IMG/VR virus record: IMGVR_UViG_3300034101_003866
Span: 32,001-96,000 of that record
Direction: 5' to 3' (one strand)
DNA from: a virus
DNA length: 64,000 nt
The notes beneath the pieces are model-generated. The model was not told the DNA's origin. It was given only the letters and a program-made list of their open reading frames with translations, and made no database searches. Made by a program: the position numbers and the translations under genes. This document shows positions 36,742 through 44,296 of the stretch, in pieces (position 1 is the first letter of the stretch; every line of letters starts with the position of its first letter).

Positions 36742-37867
36742 TCAATATCAGCTAAAGCATTTATCTGATAAAGTATGCGACGATATTGAAAATCTACTAT
36801 TATCTTTAGGAATAGATTCCTATAAGATGCTAGATAAAATGGTTACGATGAGTTGTCCCATTCACGGAGGAGACAATGATTCAGCATTTAATCTGTATCA
36901 TCAAGGAGATACATATCGAGGAAACTGGAAATGTCGAACACATCAGTGCGAAAATGTTTTTAAGTCATCAATAATAGGATTTATTAGAGGATGCTTATCT
37001 CATCAAGAAGGATGGTCTAAGTCTGGTGATGATATGGTCTCTTTTAATGATGCCTTACAGTTTGCTATAAGCTTTAGTAAGCATGATCCGTCTGACCATA
37101 AACAAACAAGAAAAGCTAAAGAAAAAAATAACTTTATTAATGCAGTTAAGAATATAACCCCAGACAATCAGAATAAGGCTCAACTGGTTCCTAGGTCTTT
37201 AGTCACAAAAGCTCTAAATATACCATCCAAGTATTTTATAGACAGGGGTTTTTCTGAGAATATTCTTATAAAATATGATGTTGGCGACTGTATAGGACAA
37301 GGAAAGGAAATGAGCAGCAGGGCTGTGGTTCCTGTTTATGATAACGATATGATAGGAATGGCAGGATGTACTGGGCGAAGTATATTTGATAAGTGCAATG
37401 AGTGCTCCTGCTTCCATGATCCTGAACAAACATGCCCAAAAGACAAAGAACAATGGCTAAGTTCTAAATGGAAACATAATAAAAACTTTAAGACACAGGA
37501 ATACCTGTATAATTATTGGTTTGCTAAAGATATTATTTTGAAGACCAAAACTGTTATTATTGTTGAAAGTCCTGGGAATGTTTGGAGATTAGAGGAATCT
37601 GGTATACATAATTCTGTAGCTATTTTCGGATCTTCTCTGAGTCATAAACAAAAAATGCTTTTAGACATATCCGGAGCAATGAATATAGTTACCATAATGG
37701 ATAATGATGCTGCTGGCCAAGAGGCTTCCAAACAGATAGAATCAAAGTGTGGTAGAACATATAATATCAAACATATAAAATTATCATCTAATGATGTTGC
37801 AGAGATGTCTCCTGACCAAATTAAACAAGAAATTTTACCACAAATACAGGATTATCAATTATGCTAA
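36698..37867 (+). CDS. dnaG: DnaG-like primase
   Basis: CPIHGGDN...WKC...C zinc domain, YF.DRG, RAVVP, GCTGR, YLYN, TOPRIM IIVES and MDNDAAG. Confidence 0.88.
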   Translation: MKTIMKKKTKYHSYDQYQLKHLSDKVCDDIENLLLSLGIDSYKMLDKMVTMSCPIHGGDNDSAFNLYHQGDTYRGNWKCRTHQCENVFKSSIIGFIRGCLSHQEGWSKSGDDMVSFNDALQFAISFSKHDPSDHKQTRKAKEKNNFINAVKNITPDNQNKAQLVPRSLVTKALNIPSKYFIDRGFSENILIKYDVGDCIGQGKEMSSRAVVPVYDNDMIGMAGCTGRSIFDKCNECSCFHDPEQTCPKDKEQWLSSKWKHNKNFKTQEYLYNYWFAKDIILKTKTVIIVESPGNVWRLEESGIHNSVAIFGSSLSHKQKMLLDISGAMNIVTIMDNDAAGQEASKQIESKCGRTYNIKHIKLSSNDVAEMSPDQIKQEILPQIQDYQLC

Positions 37868-38592
37868 TATTAGGAATTTCTGGAAGGAAGCAGTCCGGAA
37901 AAAGCACAATAGGCAATTTTATACTATCTCTATATCTTGCTAAGCTAGGATATTGTGAAAAAATTTATATGGATGAAGATGGTCAGTTATTGATTTCTGA
38001 TATTCTTGGAGACACTAGATACGAAGGTGTTTTTGATATTAGAAAATTAGTAGACACATATAATGATCCAAGATTTATACAAGCTATTCATAAGCTTAAT
38101 TCAAAAGTAAAAATATACAATTTTGCCGACATTTTAAAAACAGACATCTGTATCAATATGCTAGGATTAACATACGATCAGTGCTACGGAACAGATGATA
38201 ATAAGAATGAAATGACGAACATAGTATGGAACGATAAGAAGCTATCTGCTAGAGACGTTATGCAGGTAGTGGGTACTGATATTTTTAGAAAATTAGACAC
38301 TAATGTTTGGGTTAGGTCCACTATTAATAAGATCATCAGAGACAAGCCAGACCTTGCTGTTATTACGGATTGTCGATTCCCTAACGAAGTAGATTCTATT
38401 AAGCAGAGTGGTGGAAAAGTTATAAGATTAACTAGAAACCCATTTGAGTCAGATCATCTAAGTGAAACAGTCTTAGATAAAGATAGCTATGATTGGTCTA
38501 ATTTTGATTATGTAGTAGATAATTCAGACGTTACGCTTCTTGATCAATTTACTCAGATTAAAAAACTATTAGAGGAGATATTACCATTATAA
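37861..38592 (+). CDS. Deoxynucleoside monophosphate kinase
   Basis: GISGRKQSGKST, FAD.LK, R..MQ..GTD..R, VWV, ITDCRFPNE. Confidence 0.88.
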   Translation: MLILGISGRKQSGKSTIGNFILSLYLAKLGYCEKIYMDEDGQLLISDILGDTRYEGVFDIRKLVDTYNDPRFIQAIHKLNSKVKIYNFADILKTDICINMLGLTYDQCYGTDDNKNEMTNIVWNDKKLSARDVMQVVGTDIFRKLDTNVWVRSTINKIIRDKPDLAVITDCRFPNEVDSIKQSGGKVIRLTRNPFESDHLSETVLDKDSYDWSNFDYVVDNSDVTLLDQFTQIKKLLEEILPL

Positions 38593-39626
38593 TAACATAC
38601 TTTAGGAGTAGCTCCTATAATACTCATAGCATGTGCGAACAACAGTACTTTGGTGAGTACGTACTGGGCTGGAGAGGATTGTCTGGCCAAAAAGCAGATA
38701 AAGGAACTATTACTCATAAAGTTCTTGAAATTTTAGCGGTTATGAAAAAAGCCGAGCAAGATGGACAAACTACTATTGATGACGATCTTATCGGATTAGT
38801 TGATATTAATAATTATGATTTAAATAATTTAATAGAGAAAGTATATACCTATTATACTAATAATGCTCAACACCATAAATGGTCGGCCAAAGATCATAGA
38901 GACTGTAAAGACTGGGTTTATAAGGCTATAGAATTTAATGGCGGGATGTTTGATCCAAGGAAAAGAAATATTCTTTGTCCAGAACAACACTTTGATTTTG
39001 AAATTAAAAAACCCTGGGCTAAATACTCTTATGATATTGGCGGCGAAAAACTTGAGGGTAATCTAGCACTAAAGGGTACTATTGACTTAATAACACTGGT
39101 TAATGATTCTACAATAGAAGTAATAGACTGGAAAACTGGAAAAAGATTAGATTGGGCTACTGGAGAAGAAAAAACCCAAGAAAAACTAGAAAAAGATCCA
39201 CAGTTAAAGATTTATCACTATGCAATAAAACATCTTTATCCTCATATTAAGAATATAATATTTTCAATATATTTTATTAATGATGGTGGACCATTCTCCA
39301 TTTGTTTTCATGATTCTGATCTAGCATCAACAGAAGATATGTTAAGACAAAAATTTGAAGCAATTAAAAGCACTAAAAAGCCAAGGTTGCATAAAAGCTG
39401 GATGTGCAGTAAGTTGTGTCATTTTGGCAAAACAACATTTGATGGAACTCATATTCAGCCAATAGAGGAATATAGAGATGGACAAGTATGCAAATCTGGT
39501 CAAACCATGACAAAGTGCGAACAGATAAAACATGACCTTGATCTTTATGGAATTGACACTACAATTGGGTTGTACAAGAACAAAAATCACTCGTTTGGAA
39601 GTTACAAAGCCCCCGGATCAATATGA
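38586..39626 (+). CDS. Cas4/RecB-like PD-(D/E)xK exonuclease, probable ATT start
   Basis: Frame open upstream of ATG 38631 (IIITYFRSSSYNTHSMC); GT..H, GTIDL, IDWKTG, QLKIY, C-terminal C..LC..C; GAGGAG SD 8 nt before ATT 38586. Confidence 0.8.
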   Translation: MIITYFRSSSYNTHSMCEQQYFGEYVLGWRGLSGQKADKGTITHKVLEILAVMKKAEQDGQTTIDDDLIGLVDINNYDLNNLIEKVYTYYTNNAQHHKWSAKDHRDCKDWVYKAIEFNGGMFDPRKRNILCPEQHFDFEIKKPWAKYSYDIGGEKLEGNLALKGTIDLITLVNDSTIEVIDWKTGKRLDWATGEEKTQEKLEKDPQLKIYHYAIKHLYPHIKNIIFSIYFINDGGPFSICFHDSDLASTEDMLRQKFEAIKSTKKPRLHKSWMCSKLCHFGKTTFDGTHIQPIEEYRDGQVCKSGQTMTKCEQIKHDLDLYGIDTTIGLYKNKNHSFGSYKAPGSI

Positions 39627-41038
39627 CAAAAACATATTCAGTTCTTCATGCTCATTCTCACTATAGTCTTTTAGATGGAATTAGTAAGCCTAGTCAAATA
39701 GCAGAGAGATGTGTTAATGCCGGAATTAAAACCTGTGCAATAACTGATCATGGAACTATTTCCGGATGTGTTCAGTTCTATCAGGCTATGAAAGCCAAAA
39801 AAATTAAGCCAATATTAGGTTGCGAACTTTACATACCTAAAAATGATTCATTCGTTAAAGAGAAAGAGAATAATAATCTGAGTCACTTCTTAGTTCTTGC
39901 TAAAAATTTAGCCGGATGGAGGACTCTTGTAAAAATCATATCTGAAACTAATAGAATAGACAACTTCTATCATAAGCCTAGAATTAGTTTTGATAGATTG
40001 GCACCTATGCTGGACGGAAATATAATAGGATTTTGCGGACATTTAGGATCTAGCATATCCGATTTGGTTGAAGAAAATCCTGATAACTATACTGATAAGA
40101 CAATATCCTTTATAGACTATATGAAAGAAATATTTGGCAAAGATAATTTCTTTCTAGAAGCTCAACTTATGGATCAGGAACTGAATCCTAAACAAAAAGA
40201 AATGACAGATATAATGAGACAATTATCTGTTAAGACTAAAACTAAAATAATAGCCACTCCAGATGCTCACTATTGTGAAAGAAAAGATGCTATTGATCAA
40301 AGGATTTTATTATGTAATAATCTTAAGACAACTTTGATAGACATAAATAAGAAACTCTTGGCTAATGAGGACGTTCCAATGAGTTGTTTCTTCAAATCAG
40401 ATAATTATCATATTCCAGATCCAGAAGAAATGATAGAATGGCATACCAAAGAAGAAATTGAAAATACTTTATATGTTGATTCAATGTGTGAGGAATATTC
40501 TATTCTTAGTAAACCACTACTTCCTGCTTTTGAATGTCCAAATAATTCCAATCCAGAAGAATATCTGAGACAATTATGTAGAGATGGTTGGAGAGAAAAG
40601 ATAATGAATGATATTCCAGAATCTGAGCATACCAAATATGCAGACAGAGTAAAATTAGAATTAGATATTTTACAAAAAGCTGGACTATCTAGTTACTTTC
40701 TTATAGTACAAGATATTGTAAACTATGTTAAAAAGAGCGGGTGGCTTCCAGGCCCAGGAAGAGGATGTTTTGTGCCTGATACGAACGTTAAAATGCACGA
40801 CGGCACAACAAAAAAGATCTATCAAATCAATATAGGAGACATTATAATAGATGCCTATGGAAATCCCCAGGAAGTTTATGATACTTTGCAGTATGATATT
40901 AATGAAGATATTATTGAATTAATATTTGAAAATGAAAAAACTATTAGATGCACTAAAGACCATAAATTTTTAACAAAAAATAGAGGGTGGGTAGAGGCCC
41001 AACATCTATCAAATATAGATGATATTGTAGAAGTTTAA
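39623..41038 (+). CDS. dnaE: DNA polymerase III alpha part 1 (PHP domain to GPGRG, 381 aa) fused to split-intein N half
   Basis: LHAHSHYSLLDG, AITDHG, KPILGCE, LAKN..GW, KPRI, DAHY, YFLIVQD, GPGRG, then intein Cys1. Confidence 0.95.
   Translation: MTKTYSVLHAHSHYSLLDGISKPSQIAERCVNAGIKTCAITDHGTISGCVQFYQAMKAKKIKPILGCELYIPKNDSFVKEKENNNLSHFLVLAKNLAGWRTLVKIISETNRIDNFYHKPRISFDRLAPMLDGNIIGFCGHLGSSISDLVEENPDNYTDKTISFIDYMKEIFGKDNFFLEAQLMDQELNPKQKEMTDIMRQLSVKTKTKIIATPDAHYCERKDAIDQRILLCNNLKTTLIDINKKLLANEDVPMSCFFKSDNYHIPDPEEMIEWHTKEEIENTLYVDSMCEEYSILSKPLLPAFECPNNSNPEEYLRQLCRDGWREKIMNDIPESEHTKYADRVKLELDILQKAGLSSYFLIVQDIVNYVKKSGWLPGPGRGCFVPDTNVKMHDGTTKKIYQINIGDIIIDAYGNPQEVYDTLQYDINEDIIELIFENEKTIRCTKDHKFLTKNRGWVEAQHLSNIDDIVEV
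40766..41035 (+). mobile_element. Split intein N-fragment (IntN, 90 aa)
   Basis: Block A CFVPDTNV..DG..K.I..I.IGD, block B IRCTKDHKFLT, GWVEA..L...D; ends at a stop codon. Confidence 0.95.
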
Positions 41039-41061
41039 AAAGAACCCCTTCCTAGACTTTT

Positions 41062-41077
41062 GGTGTATGTTTATATA
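41062..41077 (+). promoter_or_regulatory. GGTGTA-N6-TATA putative phage promoter
   Basis: GGTGTATGTTTATATA between the IntN stop and the endonuclease ATG. Confidence 0.55.
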
Positions 41078-41087
41078 GAGAAATATT

Positions 41088-41897
41088 ATGAAAAATATAA
41101 CATTCAAATTTCTAGAAAATAATAACTTTAAATTTAAGGGATTCAGTAATACCCCCATAAAGGATCAATGCATAACATGTCAAAAAATATTTGAATATAA
41201 AAAACTTAAAAAATTTCTAAGAAATAGACTATCCTTGCCCACTTCTCAGTGGTGTCAATGTCATAAATGTTTTTTAAAATTTAGAACTATTAATAATCCA
41301 GAATGGATGGAGAGTAATCGAAAAGCACAGCTTATAGCACAAAATAAACCAGAGCAAAAAAAGAAAAATGCTCTAGGAGTGTCAAGAAGCTGGGATAATA
41401 AGAGAAAAAAGAAAGCTTCAATCTATCTAAAAAATAGATGGAAAACAGATCAAAAATTTGCCCAAAAAGCCAGATCAAATTTAAAAATTAATGATACTCA
41501 ACATATAAAAAATACATTTGGAATTGGTGGACTAAAAGGATTTTATAATGAAATATACTATGATAGCGCATTAGAGTTATCGTATTTATTATGGTGTGAA
41601 CAACTTAGTATTCCAATTAAAAGATATGATCTAGATCCAATACAATACGAAATATCAAATAAACAAAAGTTATATTTTCCAGATTTCATTATCCATGAGG
41701 ACATAGTGGTAGAGATAAAAGGTAAGGGCTTGTATTTTGCTAAAAATAAAGAACAAAATTTAGCGAAAACTGCAGAAGCCAAGAAAAAACTAAAAAATAA
41801 ATTTATAATAATATTTGATCAAGACAAAGAAGTTAAAACCTACTATAAAAAAGCCAGAAAATTACATCATGAAATTAAAAAGCAAAAAGATAATTAA
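41088..41897 (+). CDS. Free-standing putative homing endonuclease (TnsA-like PD-(D/E)xK) between the split-intein halves
   Basis: CxxC...CxCxxC, basic linker, YDSALELSY, YFPDFII, VVEIKG. Confidence 0.8.
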   Translation: MKNITFKFLENNNFKFKGFSNTPIKDQCITCQKIFEYKKLKKFLRNRLSLPTSQWCQCHKCFLKFRTINNPEWMESNRKAQLIAQNKPEQKKKNALGVSRSWDNKRKKKASIYLKNRWKTDQKFAQKARSNLKINDTQHIKNTFGIGGLKGFYNEIYYDSALELSYLLWCEQLSIPIKRYDLDPIQYEISNKQKLYFPDFIIHEDIVVEIKGKGLYFAKNKEQNLAKTAEAKKKLKNKFIIIFDQDKEVKTYYKKARKLHHEIKKQKDN

Positions 41898-41976
41898 GAA
41901 TCACACAGGAAAAGTCCACGATATCTCTGTTAAAAATTCTGCATCCTATAATGTAGAGGGGTTGGGAGTACATAAT
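41869..41976 (+). mobile_element. Split intein C-fragment (IntC, 36 aa)
   Basis: Basic N-terminus, block F VHDISV....SYNV, block G VHN followed by Ser+1. Confidence 0.95.
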
Positions 41977-42702
41977 TCTGCTGCAGGATGTTTAGTATCA
42001 TATCTTATTGGTATTACTCAAATTGATCCTATAAAATATGATTTACTGTTTGAAAGATTTTATAATGAGGGCCGTAATACTGCAGATCATATCTCCATGC
42101 CAGATATTGATGTTGACGTTCCAATTAATAAAAGAGAACAGATCATTGAATATATTAAAAATAAGTATGGTTCAGACAAGGTGTCTCAGATGATTACATT
42201 TAATACCATGAAAGGTAGAGGGGCCTTAAAGGAAGTATTAAGAGTATATGATAATATTTCTTTTGAAGAAATGAATAGAATAACAAAGTTCATTCCTGAC
42301 GAAGCAAAAATTGCTGACGAATTACAGGAAATGAAAGAAGATACGGGAGAGGCATCAATTATCAGGTGGGCACTAGAAAACAATGTTGACAAACTGAAGG
42401 AGTGGTGCTATATTAGTGATGATGGTTCTCTTTCTGGGCCTTTGGCGAAAAGGTTTGAACAAGCCATACGACTTGAAGGAACAAAATCTAATCAGTCAAA
42501 ACATGCTGCCGGTGTAGTTATTAGTAGTCAAAGTCTCAGTGCTGTTTGTCCTATGGTTTATGATTCAAAAAATAAACAAGCAATAGCAGGGATGGAGATG
42601 CAAGATTTGGAAAATCTAGGTTTGATTAAATTTGATATTCTAGGAATAGCTTATTTGGATAAAATGATGTGTGTTTCCGATTTACTAAAAAATGGTGTAT
42701 AA
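41869..42702 (+). CDS. dnaE: Split-intein C half fused to DNA polymerase III alpha part 2 (catalytic palm, 241 aa)
   Basis: MKLKSKK...VHN|SAAGCLVSYLIGIT.IDP..YDLLFERF, SMPDIDVD, SKHAAGVVI, GLIKFDILG. Confidence 0.95.
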   Translation: MKLKSKKIIKNHTGKVHDISVKNSASYNVEGLGVHNSAAGCLVSYLIGITQIDPIKYDLLFERFYNEGRNTADHISMPDIDVDVPINKREQIIEYIKNKYGSDKVSQMITFNTMKGRGALKEVLRVYDNISFEEMNRITKFIPDEAKIADELQEMKEDTGEASIIRWALENNVDKLKEWCYISDDGSLSGPLAKRFEQAIRLEGTKSNQSKHAAGVVISSQSLSAVCPMVYDSKNKQAIAGMEMQDLENLGLIKFDILGIAYLDKMMCVSDLLKNGV

Positions 42703-42709
42703 CATTATA
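42694..42709 (+). promoter_or_regulatory. GGTGTA-N6-TATA putative phage promoter overlapping the dnaE part-2 stop
   Basis: GGT GTA TAA CAT TATA; upstream of AAGGA SD and the HNH gene. Confidence 0.55.
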
Positions 42710-42735
42710 TCAATTTTTATAAAGGAAACTACTAT

Positions 42736-43419
42736 ATGAATAAAAAAGACTTAAAAAGAATGTTATATCAGGAAAATAAAACTCAAAGAGAAATTTCTAA
42801 AATTTATCTATGCTCTGAGTCTCTAATAAGCCAAAAAGTAAAGCACTATGGTTTACAAAAAGACATATCAGATGATTATATTGGAAAAAAGTTTCATTCT
42901 CTGCAACCTATTGAATACCTAGGTAAAGACAAAAATAGCCATGCTATATTTTTATGTGTTTGTGATTGCGGTCAAACAAAAACAGTATTAGGAAATTCTT
43001 TAAAGAATGGAAATAGCAAAAGCTGTGGATGCAAGTCTCGTAAAAGAGGAAAAGAACATAAACTATATTCTGGATATGAAGAAATAAGATCAGAATACTG
43101 GGGCAGGGTATTACGCGGGGCTAAAGATCGAGGAATTGATGTAAAAATTACTATTAAAGAAGCATGGGAAATTTTCTTACAACAAGACAGAAAATGTGCA
43201 TTAAGTGGTGAAATATTATATTTTCCATATACAAGAAAAACTTCTAAATATAGCACAGCATCTTTGGACAGGATAGATTCAAATGGACACTACGAAAAAG
43301 ATAATGTACAATGGATTCACAAAAAATTAAATACTATGAAGATGAATATGACAGAACATGAATTTTTAAATTGGTGTAAAAAAATAAGTATTAATAAAAA
43401 ATTATGCAAAGGAGAATAA
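42736..43419 (+). CDS. HNH-type putative homing endonuclease with N-terminal HTH and CxCDCG..SCGC domain
   Basis: TQREIS HTH, IGKKF..L, FLCVCDCG, SKSCGC, KCALSG, ASLDRIDS..HY..DNVQW...N.MK. Confidence 0.85.
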   Translation: MNKKDLKRMLYQENKTQREISKIYLCSESLISQKVKHYGLQKDISDDYIGKKFHSLQPIEYLGKDKNSHAIFLCVCDCGQTKTVLGNSLKNGNSKSCGCKSRKRGKEHKLYSGYEEIRSEYWGRVLRGAKDRGIDVKITIKEAWEIFLQQDRKCALSGEILYFPYTRKTSKYSTASLDRIDSNGHYEKDNVQWIHKKLNTMKMNMTEHEFLNWCKKISINKKLCKGE

Positions 43420-43420
43420 A

Positions 43421-43600
43421 ATGCAAAAACAATTTCATGAACTAGCGATTGGTGATAGATTCACAGTTAATGGTGTTGAATATATTAAAACTGAAGAAGT
43501 TAGAGTTAGCTGTTGCAGAAGTATCAATTGTTATGCTGCTTCTGATGCTAATCAAAAAGGACATTTTCCAGGAAATACAGAAGTTACAATAAATGGCTAA
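43421..43600 (+). CDS. Small 59-aa protein with SCC motif (not in ORF track)
   Basis: MQKQFHELAIGDRFTVNGVEYIKTEEVRVSCCRSINC...ING*; AGGAG SD; overlaps the exonuclease start. Confidence 0.7.
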   Translation: MQKQFHELAIGDRFTVNGVEYIKTEEVRVSCCRSINCYAASDANQKGHFPGNTEVTING

Positions 43601-44288
43601 TCTACAAAAAATTTGTGTCTTTGATTTGGAAACGGACGGAGTTAATCCTGATCTTTGTAGTCCAGTTCAAATTGCTGCGGTTATGGTCGATCCATTAAAA
43701 TTAGAAATAGTTAAAGATTCAGAATTTAACATTACTGTTAAGCCATCGGTTTTAGAAGAGAAACCAGAATACTCTTATTCTGATTCTGATGTTCTAGACT
43801 TTCACGCTAAAGTGAGAGGTAGTACAAAAGATCAAATTTTAGAATCATGGAAGTCATATCAAAAACAAGAACACGGATGGAATATGTTCATATCATACTT
43901 AGATATGTATCATATAAGATCCAACGGAAAGAAATCTTGTTTCACAGCACCAATAGCAGCTGGTTATAATATCAATAGATTTGATCTAAGGATAATAGAA
44001 AGATTAAGTCAAAGATATAATAATCTGAATAAAGAGGGAAGATCATCTTTATTCTATCCTAGAGACGTAATAGATATTATGAATTTAATATTTTATTGGT
44101 TTGAAGGAAATAATGAACTGAAAAACTATACACTAGACAACCTTAGAGATTATCTTGGTATAGACAAAGAAGGTGCTCACGATGCCCTCAAGGATGTTAA
44201 GGATACTGCAAATATTTTAATTAGATTCTTAAAGTTGCACAGGGGACTGTCGAATAAGATTAAGTTTAAATCATCATTTATTGGATAA
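43593..44288 (+). CDS. DEDDh 3'-5' exonuclease (DnaQ/epsilon-like)
   Basis: VFDLETDG (ExoI), AGYNINRFD (ExoII), AHDALKDV (ExoIII). Confidence 0.9.
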   Translation: MANLQKICVFDLETDGVNPDLCSPVQIAAVMVDPLKLEIVKDSEFNITVKPSVLEEKPEYSYSDSDVLDFHAKVRGSTKDQILESWKSYQKQEHGWNMFISYLDMYHIRSNGKKSCFTAPIAAGYNINRFDLRIIERLSQRYNNLNKEGRSSLFYPRDVIDIMNLIFYWFEGNNELKNYTLDNLRDYLGIDKEGAHDALKDVKDTANILIRFLKLHRGLSNKIKFKSSFIG

Positions 44289-44296
44289 ATTAATTA

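Noticed and set aside
38586-39626. CRISPR-Cas system around the Cas4-like nuclease
   Set aside because: No repeat-spacer array or other cas genes; solo Cas4/RecB-like nucleases are common in phage replication modules
41815-41868. TTG start at 41815 for dnaE part 2, as in the ORF track
   Set aside because: ATG 41869 gives a typical 36-aa IntC; the extra 18 codons lie deeper inside the endonuclease gene and match no intein block
42703-44296. Group I intron or second split intein joining dnaE parts 2 and 3
   Set aside because: The gap is filled by three ORFs with almost no non-coding room for a ribozyme core, and there are no Cys1/block B or His-Asn intein motifs at either end
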